From the IMG/VR virus record IMGVR_UViG_2541047704_000003: 44,162 bases of DNA; one strand, written 5' to 3'. The stretch is from a virus (lineage: Duplodnaviria; Heunggongvirae; Uroviricota; Caudoviricetes). This document shows positions 9,547-18,632 of the stretch, one piece after another. The notes below the pieces were generated by a model that made no database searches, had not been told where the DNA came from, and was given only the letters and a program-made list of their open reading frames with translations. Within the stretch, counting starts at the first letter, position 1, and each line of letters begins with the position of its first letter. Position numbers and translations under genes: made by a program.

Positions 9547-9644
9547 GGATTCCTCCCGAATAAACTTTGGCGATGCAATCTCGAAGCTCCTCCTGAGACG
9601 GTTGCTTCGGCATTGCATCCCACAGCTTATGTGGTTGGGTGATC

Positions 9645-9689
9645 TGGCTTTTCAGCCACGTAGTCGAGAGTCGACGTTGTTTAAAGAGC
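9645..9689 (-). promoter_or_regulatory. nutL (boxA GCTCTTTAAACAA plus boxB hairpin TGGCT-GAAA-AGCCA)
   Basis: read on minus strand upstream of N; boxA resembles CGCTCTT(T)A consensus; boxB is a 5-bp stem with purine-rich GAAA(A) loop like lambda boxB. Confidence 0.5.
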
Positions 9690-9734
9690 CTGCCAGTCTG
9701 TTCCATTTGGCTTCCAGCGTCCTGCTGACGGTTA

Positions 9735-9800
9735 AATAGTACGATATGTACTTTACAAGATCAATACAATTTGTTGTAAGTTGGCGTGGTTTTTTATAAC
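9735..9800 (-). promoter_or_regulatory. candidate pL/oL operator-promoter region
   Basis: contains 11-mer ATATGTACTTT (9744-9754) that recurs in inverse orientation at oR (12054-12064), plus TACAA/TTGTA half-site-like repeats; located between the rex-position cassette and nutL/N. Confidence 0.4.
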
Positions 9801-9952
9801 GCTTTGTATTTAATAGTGTTGTTTTTTAGCGTGGATGTATTGCCTCGGCGATGTAAGGAGAGATCAGAATTGCGTGGTTTAGTGGGTTGCATCTATTTAT
9901 TTTTCAATAAATATAATTGGTTATGTGTTTTTAGGTGGGCGAACGTGAGGCA

Positions 9953-9977
9953 AAGAAAACCCGGCGCTGAGGCCGGG
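9953..9977 (-). terminator. rho-independent terminator closing the cI operon
   Basis: minus-strand hairpin CCCGGC-CTCAGC-GCCGGG followed by TTTTCTTTG, beginning 5 nt after the stop of ORF 9983-10735. Confidence 0.5.
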
Positions 9978-9982
9978 TTGTA

Positions 9983-10735
9983 TTATGCTGCAAGTCTCTT
10001 AACCCAAGTCTCTCTTTTGGAGAATGGTAGAACTTGGCTTGATTCATGGAAGAGTAAGGAGAGTTGTTGCATTTGATCACCAATTGCTTCGCTGTCTATA
10101 ACAACAAATCTGTTGTTATACTCCTCACTTGAAGCTTTAAGATCAATTAGTTTCCCAAGCAATGAGTAAGCACTATTCCAGCTTCCTCCGTGTTTCACGC
10201 TTGATGTAAAAACGTATTTAGGTATGTCGGTTTTTATTGTTACAGGGACGGTAATTTGATGTCCACTCAAGCCATATACGTTTTCACGAAGAGAAAGTGC
10301 GTCTCTAAGCTCTGTGTGATATAGATAATCAATAACCATACTTTCAAACTTTTCAGCTTGAACTGGCTGATACCAGTCTAACGACAAAGTTGATGCGAGT
10401 ATACCAGCTCTAATTATGTTCGATGTAATCGCACCGACATCCTTTTCTGTTGCCCAAGCAATGATTTCTCCTCGAGCATTGAGTTCTGCGCCTTCTTTAA
10501 GCAGTAATTGTCGTATCTCATCAAGTCGTTTTTTGGTAAGCGAGATCCCTCTTGCCTCCATATTCATTAAGGCATCGCATCTGTCACTAACTAAATACCT
10601 ACCATTGACTTCACGGATAAAGGCACCGACATGCTCTCCATCATCACAGTAAGTGAATGGACTGATAATTCTCAAGGTCTTGCCTATTGGATGGCATTCG
10701 AAACCTAGTTGTGAGATCACTGTTGAGCACATCAT
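9983..10735 (-). CDS. uncharacterised protein, distal gene of two-gene cassette in the rexAB position
   Basis: 250-aa ORF; start overlaps stop of upstream ORF (ATGA); AT-rich relative to flanking phage DNA; no family, transmembrane segment or catalytic motif recognised. Confidence 0.6.
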   Translation of the reverse strand: MMCSTVISQLGFECHPIGKTLRIISPFTYCDDGEHVGAFIREVNGRYLVSDRCDALMNMEARGISLTKKRLDEIRQLLLKEGAELNARGEIIAWATEKDVGAITSNIIRAGILASTLSLDWYQPVQAEKFESMVIDYLYHTELRDALSLRENVYGLSGHQITVPVTIKTDIPKYVFTSSVKHGGSWNSAYSLLGKLIDLKASSEEYNNRFVVIDSEAIGDQMQQLSLLFHESSQVLPFSKRETWVKRLAA

Positions 10736-11289
10736 ATTCCAAACCCCATTTGCCCCGACTCATCTTCAAGCGGTAAAGGTATTCTCCCAGAGTAAGTTAT
10801 GTTCAGATGTTTACAGAAGTAATTCCAATACCCTACCAGGTCATCTGGGTTTATGTCATCTTCGATTGGAAACGCTATTCTATCACTATAGTATCCAGCT
10901 TCTTCATAGTATACATGGTAGTGAGCACCGTAAATGATATCTTGGTACTTCGGATGATCGACCTTGTAACTATTCGTGTGTTTGTCAAAGTGATAGGTAT
11001 CTACCGCGAAAACCCTCTTGTTATGATAGAAAGCAATAATATTTATTTTAGGGTAAGAAATCGGGTCATCAGGTTCTGAATCCTGATCTGGTTTCCATTT
11101 CAGTTCAAACTTTAGCCCTTGTATAGGTATACAATCCTCATCCAAGGGGATGATATGGGCTTGTAGCCACATATCAGAGCGACTTGGTTTCTGTTTCCAT
11201 TTAACGCCAGAAAAGTTAACTATTTTTTTACAATAAAGTACTTTATCAACTTCTACTTGGCTTGGCTGATAATCATCTATTTTTGCCAA
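10732..11289 (-). CDS. uncharacterised acidic protein, proximal gene of two-gene cassette in the rexAB position
   Basis: 185-aa ORF 39 nt downstream of cI stop on the same strand; Asp/Glu/Tyr-rich; no family recognised. Confidence 0.6.
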   Translation of the reverse strand: MAKIDDYQPSQVEVDKVLYCKKIVNFSGVKWKQKPSRSDMWLQAHIIPLDEDCIPIQGLKFELKWKPDQDSEPDDPISYPKINIIAFYHNKRVFAVDTYHFDKHTNSYKVDHPKYQDIIYGAHYHVYYEEAGYYSDRIAFPIEDDINPDDLVGYWNYFCKHLNITYSGRIPLPLEDESGQMGFGI

Positions 11290-11328
11290 TGTTTACCGCC
11301 CTGTAAATTGTAGATAAAAGTGGTTTCA

Positions 11329-11988
11329 TCACCCAAACGTCTCTTCAGGCCATTGGCTGGCGATAACTTTCCCCACAACGGAACAACTCTCATTGCATGG
11401 GATCATTGGGTATTGTGGGTTTAGTGGCTGTAGAAACACCTGACCGCTATCCCTGATCAGTTTCTTGAAGGTAAATTCATCACCACTAAGTCTGGCTATG
11501 CAGAAATCGCCGGGCTCAACAGCTTGCTCAGGGTCAACCAGAATTAACATCCCGTCAGGAAAGCTGGGTTTGGAACCTGTTGGTGCGGTCATTGAGTTAC
11601 CTTCAACCTCAAGCCAGAATGCAGAGTCACTGGCTTTTTTGGTTGTGCTTACCAATCTCTCCGCATCGCCTTTGGTAAAGGTTCTGAGTTCTGGAGAGAA
11701 CATCCCAGCCTGAACATGAGAAAAAACAGGGTACTCATATTGTTTTTTAACTGGGGCCGATGAGTATTCGCCAACAGGTGAAAATGTCCCGTCGTGGTTG
11801 AATGATATGTTATCAATACCAAGGTATTTAAACACCACACCAATATCACTAAGAGATGGATGACGAGATCCGCGCAACCAGTGTCCAATCCCACCCTGCG
11901 TCATACCTAGCTCTTCGGCTAACTTCTCTTGAGTTATGCCGAGCTCTTTCATTCTGGATCTAGCCAGTTCATACCATTTCATTTTCAT
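11329..11988 (-). CDS. cI: CI-type prophage repressor (HTH N-terminal domain plus LexA/S24-like autocleavage domain)
   Basis: C-terminal ~130 aa ([21 protein letters not shown]...[15 protein letters not shown]) matches lambda CI; N-terminal HTH ([20 protein letters not shown]) differs from lambda; start uncertain (ATG 11988 favoured, track ORF starts with TTG at 12030). Confidence 0.8.
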   Translation of the reverse strand: MKMKWYELARSRMKELGITQEKLAEELGMTQGGIGHWLRGSRHPSLSDIGVVFKYLGIDNISFNHDGTFSPVGEYSSAPVKKQYEYPVFSHVQAGMFSPELRTFTKGDAERLVSTTKKASDSAFWLEVEGNSMTAPTGSKPSFPDGMLILVDPEQAVEPGDFCIARLSGDEFTFKKLIRDSGQVFLQPLNPQYPMIPCNESCSVVGKVIASQWPEETFG

Positions 11989-12030
11989 GTCCTTATTATT
12001 ACGCTCTGTACTGGAACCATCCATGCACAA

Positions 12031-12090
12031 TGTGTATTTTTACTTGTATTCGCAAAGTACATATTGTATTTTTTTTATTCGTGTTTACTA
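12031..12090. promoter_or_regulatory. candidate oR/pR-pRM divergent operator-promoter region
   Basis: intergenic region between divergent cI and cro; contains AAAGTACATAT (12054-12064), the reverse complement of the oL 11-mer, and repeated TTGTATT elements. Confidence 0.45.
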
Positions 12091-12100
12091 TGGAGGGCAT

Positions 12101-12316
12101 ATGAGCAACCTACGAAAATATCGAGAGTCACTGAATATCTCTCAAACAACACTTGCTAAGGCAGTTGGATGCACACAGGGAGCTATCGGACATTGGGAAT
12201 CTGGTCGTCGCTTCCCAGACCTTAAAACATGCCGTGCTCTTGTTGCGTGCCTAAACAAGTTAGGCGCAAAAGTCAGTCTTGATGACGTGTTCCCGCCGGA
12301 ACACAAAGCCGCTTAA
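12101..12316 (+). CDS. cro: Cro-like repressor (HTH XRE family)
   Basis: 71-aa ORF MSNLRKYRESLNISQTTLAKAVGCTQGAIGHWESGRRFPDL... with HTH; GGAGGG Shine-Dalgarno upstream; divergent from cI. Confidence 0.7.
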   Translation: MSNLRKYRESLNISQTTLAKAVGCTQGAIGHWESGRRFPDLKTCRALVACLNKLGAKVSLDDVFPPEHKAA

Positions 12317-12326
12317 TAAGCGGATC

Positions 12327-12372
12327 CGCTCTTTGTAACAACGGACATTCGTCCTACGTCGCTGAAAAGCGA
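12327..12372 (+). promoter_or_regulatory. nutR (boxA CGCTCTTTGTAACAA plus boxB hairpin TCGCT-GAAA-AGCGA)
   Basis: directly downstream of cro; same boxA/boxB architecture and GAAA(A) loop as nutL. Confidence 0.5.
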
Positions 12373-12457
12373 GTTCCAAGATATCTGACCAACTAAGGCC
12401 ATATGCGTTTCCACGCATACCTTTCAACTAACTATTCACTATTGGAAATCTTAAGAA

Positions 12458-12754
12458 ATGGAAAGAACAAGTTACAGCAAACTATCACAGCGTGACGTTG
12501 ATCGCGCAGAAACAGATTTACTTATCAATCTGTCAGCTATTACCCAGCGCGGTCTGGCAAAGATGATTGGCTGTCATGAATCGAAGATAAGCAGAACGGA
12601 CTGGAGATTTATTGCTTCGGTCTTGTGTGCTTTCGGAATGGCATCAGACATCAGTCCGATTAGCAGGGCTTTTAAGTATGCGCTTGATGGACTCACCAAT
12701 AAAAAACGCCCGGCGGCAACCGAGCGTTCTGAACAAATCCAGATGGAATTCTGA
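12458..12754 (+). CDS. cII: CII transcriptional activator
   Basis: 98-aa ORF; C-terminus LTNKKRPAATERSEQIQMEF matches lambda CII; N-terminal DNA-binding part differs from lambda. Confidence 0.8.
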   Translation: MERTSYSKLSQRDVDRAETDLLINLSAITQRGLAKMIGCHESKISRTDWRFIASVLCAFGMASDISPISRAFKYALDGLTNKKRPAATERSEQIQMEF

Positions 12755-12786
12755 GGTCATTACTGGATCAATCCACAGGAGTCATT

Positions 12787-13686
12787 ATGACAAATACAGC
12801 AAAAATACTCAACTTCTGCAGAGGTAACTTTGCCAAACAGGAGCGTAATGTGGCAGATCTCGATGATGGTTACGCCAGACTATCAAATATGCTGCTTGAG
12901 GCTTATTCAGGCGCAGATCTGACCAAGCGACAGTTTAAAGTGCTGCTTGCCATTCTGCGTAAAACCTATGGATGGAATAAACCAATGGACAGAATCACCG
13001 ATTCTCAACTTAGCGAGATTACAAAGTTACCCGTCAAACGGTGCAATGAAGCCAAGTTAGAACTCGTCAGAATGAATATTATCAAGCAGCAAGGCGGCAT
13101 GTTTGGACCAAATAAAAACATCTCAGAATGGTGTATCCCTCAAAACGAGGGAAAATCCCCTAAAACGAGGGATAAAACATCCCTCAAATTGGGGGATTGC
13201 TATCCCTCAAAACAGGGGGACACAAAAGACACTATTACAAAAGAAAAAAGAAAAGATTATTCGTCAGAGAATTCTGGCGAATCCTCTGACCAGCCAGAAA
13301 ACGACCTTTCTGTGGTGAAACCGGATGCTGCAATTCAGAGCGGCAGCAAGTGGGGGACAGCAGAAGACCTGACCGCCGCAGAATGGATGTTTGACATGGT
13401 GAAGACCATCGCGCCATCAGCCAGAAAACCGAATTTTGCAGGGTGGGCTAACGATATCCGCCTGATGCGTGAACGTGACGGACGTAACCATCGCGACATG
13501 TGTGTACTGTTCCGCTGGGCATGCCAGGACAACTTCTGGTCCGGTAACGTGCTGAGCCCGGCCAAACTCCGCGACAAGTGGACCCAGCTCGAAATCAACC
13601 GTAACAAGCAACAGGCAGGTGTGACAGCCTGCAAACCAAAACTCGACCTGACAAACACTGACTGGATTTACGGGGTGGATTTATGA
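12787..13686 (+). CDS. O: replication initiator O
   Basis: 299-aa ORF closely matching lambda O; internal iterons present. Confidence 0.9.
   Translation: MTNTAKILNFCRGNFAKQERNVADLDDGYARLSNMLLEAYSGADLTKRQFKVLLAILRKTYGWNKPMDRITDSQLSEITKLPVKRCNEAKLELVRMNIIKQQGGMFGPNKNISEWCIPQNEGKSPKTRDKTSLKLGDCYPSKQGDTKDTITKEKRKDYSSENSGESSDQPENDLSVVKPDAAIQSGSKWGTAEDLTAAEWMFDMVKTIAPSARKPNFAGWANDIRLMRERDGRNHRDMCVLFRWACQDNFWSGNVLSPAKLRDKWTQLEINRNKQQAGVTACKPKLDLTNTDWIYGVDL
13134..13262 (+). repeat. ori-lambda-type origin: four iterons plus AT-rich region inside O
   Basis: four ~18-bp inverted-repeat iterons of the form ATCCCTCAAAACGAGGGA (variants) followed by A/T-rich stretch ACAAAAGAAAAAAGAAAAGATTATT. Confidence 0.7.
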
Positions 13687-14384
13687 AAAACATCGCCGCA
13701 CAGATGGTTAATTTTGACCGTGAGCAGATGCGTCGGATCGCCAACAACATGCCGGAACAGTACGACGAAAAGCCGCAGGTACAGCAGGTAGCGCAGATCA
13801 TCAACGGTGTGTTCAGCCAGTTACTGGCAACTTTCCCGGCGAGTCTGGCTAACCGTGACCAGAACGAACTGAACGAAATCCGCCGCCAGTGGGTTCTGGC
13901 TTTCCGGGAAAACGGGATCACCACAATGGAACAGGTTAACGCAGGAATGCGCGTAGCCCGTCGGCAGAATCGACCATTTCTGCCATCACCCGGGCAGTTT
14001 GTTGCATGGTGCCGGGAAGAAGCATCCGTTATCGCCGGACTGCCAAACGTCAGCGAGCTGGTTGATATGGTTTACGAGTATTGCCGGAAGCGAGGCCTGT
14101 ATCCGGATGCAGAGTCTTATCCGTGGAAATCGAACGCGCACTACTGGCTGGTTACCAACCTGTACCAGAACATGCGGGCCAATGCGCTGACTGACGCGGA
14201 ATTACGACGCAAGGCTGCCGATGAACTGACCTGTATGACAGCGCGAATTAACCGTGGTGAGACGATACCTGAACCAGTAAAACAACTTCCTGTCATGGGC
14301 GGCAGACCTCTAAATCGTGTTCAGGCGCTGGCGAAGATCGCAGAAATTAAAGCTAAGTTAGGACTGAAAGGAGCAAGTGTATGA
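13683..14384 (+). CDS. P: replication protein P (DnaB helicase loader)
   Basis: 233-aa ORF matching lambda P; 4-nt overlap with O. Confidence 0.9.
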   Translation: MKNIAAQMVNFDREQMRRIANNMPEQYDEKPQVQQVAQIINGVFSQLLATFPASLANRDQNELNEIRRQWVLAFRENGITTMEQVNAGMRVARRQNRPFLPSPGQFVAWCREEASVIAGLPNVSELVDMVYEYCRKRGLYPDAESYPWKSNAHYWLVTNLYQNMRANALTDAELRRKAADELTCMTARINRGETIPEPVKQLPVMGGRPLNRVQALAKIAEIKAKLGLKGASV

Positions 14385-14671
14385 CGGGCAAAGAGGCAAT
14401 TATTCATTACCTGGGGACGCATAATAGCTTCTGTGCGCCGGACGTTGCCGCGCTAACAGGCGCAACAGTAACCAGCATAAATCAGGCCGCGGCTAAAATG
14501 GCACGGGCAGGTCTTCTGGTTATCGAAGGTAAGGTCTGGCGAACGGTGTATTACCGGTTTGCTACCAAGGAAGAACGGGAAGGAAAGATGAGCACGAACC
14601 TGATTTTTAAGGAGTGTCGCCAGAGTGCCACGATGAAACGGATATTGGCGGTATATGGAGTTAAAAGATGA
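14381..14671 (+). CDS. ren: Ren
   Basis: 96-aa ORF MTGKEAIIHYLGTHNSFCAPDVAALTG... matching lambda Ren; overlaps P stop. Confidence 0.75.
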   Translation: MTGKEAIIHYLGTHNSFCAPDVAALTGATVTSINQAAAKMARAGLLVIEGKVWRTVYYRFATKEEREGKMSTNLIFKECRQSATMKRILAVYGVKR

Positions 14672-14696
14672 CCATCTACATCACTGAGCTAATAAC

Positions 14697-14729
14697 AGGC
14701 CTGCAGGTAATCGCAGGCCTTTTTATTTG
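14697..14729 (+). terminator. rho-independent terminator (tR2-like position)
   Basis: AGGCCTGC-AGGTAATC-GCAGGCCT stem-loop followed by TTTTTATTT, between ren and ninB. Confidence 0.5.
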
Positions 14730-14744
14730 GGGGAGAGGGAAGTC

Positions 14745-15185
14745 ATGAAAAAACTAACCTTTGAAATTCGATCTCCGGCACATCAGCAAAACGCTATTCA
14801 CGCAGTACAGCAAATCCTTCCAGACCCAACCAAACCAATCGTAGTAACCATTCAGGAACGCAACCGCAGCTTAGACCAAAACAGGAAGCTATGGGCCTGC
14901 TTAGGTGACGTCTCTCGTCAGGTTGAATGGCATGGTCGCTGGCTGGATGCAGAAAGCTGGAAGTGTGTGTTTACCGCAGCATTAAAGCAGCAGGATGTTG
15001 TTCCTAACCTTGCCGGGAATGGCTTTGTGGTAATAGGCCAGTCAACCAGCAGGATGCGTGTAAGCGAATTTGCGGAGCTATTAGAGCTTATACAGGCATT
15101 CGGTACAGAGCGTGGCGTTAAGTGGTCAGACGAAGCGCGACTGGCTCTCGAATGGAAAGCGCGATGGGGAGATCGGGCTGCATGA
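14745..15185 (+). CDS. ninB: NinB (Orf-family recombination mediator)
   Basis: 146-aa reading frame from MKKLTFEIRSPAHQQNAIHAVQQ... matching lambda NinB. Confidence 0.8.
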   Translation: MKKLTFEIRSPAHQQNAIHAVQQILPDPTKPIVVTIQERNRSLDQNRKLWACLGDVSRQVEWHGRWLDAESWKCVFTAALKQQDVVPNLAGNGFVVIGQSTSRMRVSEFAELLELIQAFGTERGVKWSDEARLALEWKARWGDRAA

Positions 15186-15709
15186 CTATCAAATCAAATA
15201 CGCCAGCACACGACAAGGACTGCTGGCAAACGCCGCTTTGGCTTTTTGATGCACTGGATATTGAGTTTGGATTCTGGCTGGATTCGGCAGCGAGCGACAA
15301 AAATGCTCTGTGCGCTCACTGGCTAACTGAGGACGACGACGCGCTCAATTCTGAGTGGGTAAGCCACGGTGCAATCTGGAATAACCCACCGTACAGCAAT
15401 ATCAGGCCGTGGGTGGAAAAAGCCGCTGAGCAGTGTATACAACAGCGACAGACGGTAGTGATGCTTGTGCCAGAGGATATGTCTGTCGGATGGTTCAGCA
15501 AGGCTCTGGAGAGTGTTGACGAAGTTCGTATTATCACTGATGGACGGATTAATTTTATCGAACCATCGACAGGGCTGGAGAAGAAGGGAAACAGCAAAGG
15601 CTCCATGCTGCTGATTTGGCGACCGTTCATCAGTCCTCGACGGATGTTTACTACCGTATCCAAAGCGGCATTGATGGCGATCGGGCAGGGCGTCAGGAGG
15701 GCTGCATGA
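15182..15709 (+). CDS. phage Dam-like DNA N6-adenine methyltransferase
   Basis: 175-aa frame with amino-methyltransferase motif IV NPPY ([10 protein letters not shown]); start overlaps ninB stop (ATGA); no adjacent restriction endonuclease. Confidence 0.7.
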   Translation: MTIKSNTPAHDKDCWQTPLWLFDALDIEFGFWLDSAASDKNALCAHWLTEDDDALNSEWVSHGAIWNNPPYSNIRPWVEKAAEQCIQQRQTVVMLVPEDMSVGWFSKALESVDEVRIITDGRINFIEPSTGLEKKGNSKGSMLLIWRPFISPRRMFTTVSKAALMAIGQGVRRAA

Positions 15710-15882
15710 GACGACAGCGACGAAGCATCACCGACATAATCTGCGAAAACTGCAAATACCTTCCAACGAAACGCTCCAGAAATAAACGCAAGCTAATCCC
15801 AAAAGAATCTGACGTAAAAACCTTCAATTACACAGCCCACCTGTGGGATATCCGGTGGCTAAGATATCGTGCGAGGAAATGA
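15706..15882 (+). CDS. ninE: NinE-like small protein
   Basis: 58-aa frame [23 protein letters not shown]... matching recollection of lambda NinE; coupled to upstream gene. Confidence 0.55.
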   Translation: MRRQRRSITDIICENCKYLPTKRSRNKRKLIPKESDVKTFNYTAHLWDIRWLRYRARK

Positions 15883-16226
15883 CAATGGATTATTCACAGT
15901 TAAGTGATTTTGAAATTAACAGAATGGTAGGAGACATAATTTTTAAAGGCCTTTGGGCAAGTAAACCGGAAACATCAGGGAATAACACCAACAAATGGTA
16001 TTACGGAAATGCTGATACAACTTTTGAGCCATTAAATCATTTGCCTGACTACTGCAATGATCCGAGCGCTTCATGGCCGATTATTGAGAAATACAGGATT
16101 TCTATCTTAGACCAGTTAACTGAATGGTGTGTGGATGCAAAAGGCGTAAGCCCAATATTTGATACCAGACCTCTCCGCGCCGCCATGATTGTCTTTCTCC
16201 TGATGCAGGAGGCCAATAATGCTTAG
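15879..16226 (+). CDS. hypothetical nin-region protein
   Basis: 115-aa frame from [24 protein letters not shown]...; coupled ATGA overlap with ninE; family not confidently recognised. Confidence 0.45.
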   Translation: MTMDYSQLSDFEINRMVGDIIFKGLWASKPETSGNNTNKWYYGNADTTFEPLNHLPDYCNDPSASWPIIEKYRISILDQLTEWCVDAKGVSPIFDTRPLRAAMIVFLLMQEANNA

Positions 16227-16392
16227 CCCACTTCAATGTGCACAGAGTGGATTCTATCTAGGTTTAGCGCATACAGAAGATTGCCGGTAAAGGGCATGCC
16301 AAGCAAGTCGATGCTGCATATGCAAAAGAATGCGCGCTGGAAGGTATGGCGAGAACACAGGTTATGTGGCTGAAAGAGGGGGTTATTAAGGC

Positions 16393-16755
16393 GTGAATAC
16401 CTACAGCATCACATTACCCTGGCCTCCGAGCAATAATCGCTATTACCGCCATAATCGCGGGCGCACGCACGTCAGCGCAGAGGGGCAGGCATACCGCGAT
16501 AACGTCGCCCGAATCATTAAAAACGCAATGCTGGATATCGGCCTGGCTATGCCTGTGAAAATCCGCATTGAGTGCCACATGCCGGATCGCCGTCGCCGTG
16601 ACCTGGATAATCTGCAAAAAGCCGCTTTTGACGCACTCACTAAAGCAGGTTTCTGGCTGGATGATGCTCAGGTCGTTGATTACCGCGTTGTGAAGATGCC
16701 TGTTACCAAAGGTGGGAGGCTGGAACTGACCATCACCGAAATGGGGAATGAATGA
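16393..16755 (+). CDS. rusA: RusA Holliday-junction resolvase
   Basis: 120-aa ORF (GTG start) [31 protein letters not shown]... matching E. coli DLP12 RusA. Confidence 0.9.
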   Translation: MNTYSITLPWPPSNNRYYRHNRGRTHVSAEGQAYRDNVARIIKNAMLDIGLAMPVKIRIECHMPDRRRRDLDNLQKAAFDALTKAGFWLDDAQVVDYRVVKMPVTKGGRLELTITEMGNE

Positions 16756-16892
16756 TGTTTGAGTTTAATATGGCAGAACTTCTTCGCCACCGCTGGGGGC
16801 GTCTGCGCTTATATCGTTTCCTCGGTTCTGTTTTGACCGATTACCGAATACTGAAGAATTACGCCAAAACCCTGACAGGAACAGGAGTATGA
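16752..16892 (+). CDS. ylcG: YlcG-like small protein
   Basis: 46-codon [26 protein letters not shown]... overlapping rusA stop; matches recollection of DLP12 ylcG. Confidence 0.45.
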   Translation: MMFEFNMAELLRHRWGRLRLYRFLGSVLTDYRILKNYAKTLTGTGV

Positions 16893-16962
16893 AGTCAGAG
16901 ATAACAATCAACTAATACTGTTTTGTTGATTTTTGCTTGTAATTGGCGTTCTGGTCTGATTT

Positions 16963-17361
16963 TTGTGGAGTAAGTTGATGCGTGATATTCAGATGGTTCT
17001 TGAGCGTTGGGGTGCGTGGGCGGCTAATAATCATGAAGATGTGACCTGGTCGTCCATTGCCGCCGGTTTTAAGGGATTAATTCCTTCAAAAGTAAAATCT
17101 CGCCCGCAATGTTGTGACGATGACGCGATGATCATTTGCGGGTGCATGGCCCGTCTGAAAAAGAACAACAGCGATTTACACGATTTATTAGTAGATTATT
17201 ATGTATGTGGTATGACATTCATGTCACTGGCAAGTAAGCATTGCTGCTCGGATGGTTATATCGGGAAAAGGTTACAGAAGGCTGAGGGCATAATTGAAGG
17301 GATGTTAATGGCATTAGATATCCGGTTAGATATGGATATCGTTGCTAATAATTCTAATTGA
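16963..17361 (+). CDS. Q: late-gene antiterminator Q
   Basis: 132-aa ORF (probable start at MRDIQMV, 16978) with Cys-rich zinc-binding region ([17 protein letters not shown]); position upstream of lysis genes; resembles DLP12 QuuD-type Q. Confidence 0.75.
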   Translation: MWSKLMRDIQMVLERWGAWAANNHEDVTWSSIAAGFKGLIPSKVKSRPQCCDDDAMIICGCMARLKKNNSDLHDLLVDYYVCGMTFMSLASKHCCSDGYIGKRLQKAEGIIEGMLMALDIRLDMDIVANNSN

Positions 17362-17498
17362 TATGCAATTGTTTACTAAAAGTTATTAAAAATGGGGCGT
17401 GGAAACGCCCCCAAAATAAAGGGTAATATATAACAGAAGGTTTATATAGTAAGAAGCAAGGTAGTGCTTCTAAAGGAAGTGGCTTGAGGGCTCCACTT

Positions 17499-17540
17499 AT
17501 ATGTTGCGGAGGCAAAGCCTCCCGCAACATATCTTTTTCG
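17499..17540 (+). terminator. strong rho-independent terminator downstream of Q (tR'-like); also abuts the porin stop
   Basis: 15-bp stem ATATGTTGCGGAGGC-AAA-GCCTCC(C)GCAACATAT followed by CTTTTTCG; ~140 nt after Q stop. Confidence 0.5.
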
Positions 17541-17549
17541 TAAGTCAGA

Positions 17550-18632
17550 TTAGAACTGATAAACCAGACCTACAGCGACGATGTCGTCGGTATCAATACC
17601 AGCTGTTTTGGTAAACTTACTATCGTCAATTAAGTTGATTTTGTAATCAACAAAAGTGGACATGTTTTTATTAAAGTAGTAAGTAGCACCGACATCGACA
17701 TACTTGACTAAGTCTCGGTCACCATGAACACCAAGGTCTTTACCTTTTGACTGAAGGTAAGCAACAGATGGACGCAGACCGAAGTCAAACTGATATTGTG
17801 CTACTGCTTCAAAGTTTTGTGCTTTGTTTGCAATATGGTTATTACCAAAAACGGTCATATTCTGAGTTTCAGAATATGTGGTAGCCAGATAGATATTGTT
17901 CGCATCATATTTCAGGCCTGCAGCCCATACTTCCGCATTTTTGCCGGAGGCATTGAATTTGCTCTTACCATAGGCGACCTGACCGTCAGTGCGATCTGAT
18001 TTAGCATAGGTTGCACCCACGCCGAATCCTTCATACTCATAAGTAGTGGAGAAACCGAAACCATCACCATTGGCTTCAGTTACGTCAGTGCGGTCATTTT
18101 TACCCTGATACTGAGCAGCAAAGTTCAGGCCATCGACCAGACCAAAGAAGTCGTTGTTACGATAAGTTGCAACACCAGTAGTGCGACCAGTCATGAACAC
18201 ATCTGTTTGGGTCCAGGTATCACCACCGAATTCTGGCAGAACGTCAGTCCACGCACCGATGTCGTATGCTACACCGTAGTTACGGCCGTAATCGATTGAG
18301 CCGTAATCACCAAATTTCAGGCCTGCAAATGCAAGACGGGTTTTGTCTTTGGAAGAACCTTGAGATTCAGCACGGTTGCCTTTGAATTCATATTCCCACT
18401 GACCGAAACCAGTCAGTTGATCGTTGATTTGGGTTTCACCTTTGAAGCCAAGACGGGCATAAGTAGTATCACCATCATCTGCATCATTAGAGGAGAAGTA
18501 GTGCTTGGCATTAACTTTCCCGTATAGATCCAGCTTGTTACTGTCTTTATTATAAATTTCAGCTGCCTGAGCAGACATCGCCATCAGTACTGATGCAGCT
18601 ACAGCAGAAATTGCCACTGTTAATTTTTTCAT
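17550..18632 (-). CDS. general outer-membrane porin (OmpC/OmpF/NmpC family)
   Basis: signal peptide [23 protein letters not shown], porin-family N-terminus [18 protein letters not shown]-terminal ...VGLVYQF ending in Phe; located between Q and lysis genes on the opposite strand as nmpC is in DLP12. Confidence 0.9.
   Translation of the reverse strand: MKKLTVAISAVAASVLMAMSAQAAEIYNKDSNKLDLYGKVNAKHYFSSNDADDGDTTYARLGFKGETQINDQLTGFGQWEYEFKGNRAESQGSSKDKTRLAFAGLKFGDYGSIDYGRNYGVAYDIGAWTDVLPEFGGDTWTQTDVFMTGRTTGVATYRNNDFFGLVDGLNFAAQYQGKNDRTDVTEANGDGFGFSTTYEYEGFGVGATYAKSDRTDGQVAYGKSKFNASGKNAEVWAAGLKYDANNIYLATTYSETQNMTVFGNNHIANKAQNFEAVAQYQFDFGLRPSVAYLQSKGKDLGVHGDRDLVKYVDVGATYYFNKNMSTFVDYKINLIDDSKFTKTAGIDTDDIVAVGLVYQF

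Noticed and set aside
12317-12345. Palindrome AAGCGGATCCGCTT immediately after cro, considered as a terminator
   Set aside because: No downstream T-tract; it overlaps the nutR boxA region and is more likely part of that regulatory site.
12612-12827. 71-aa plus-strand ORF overlapping the cII 3' end
   Set aside because: Alternative frame of cII and the cII-O junction; cII and O account for this interval.
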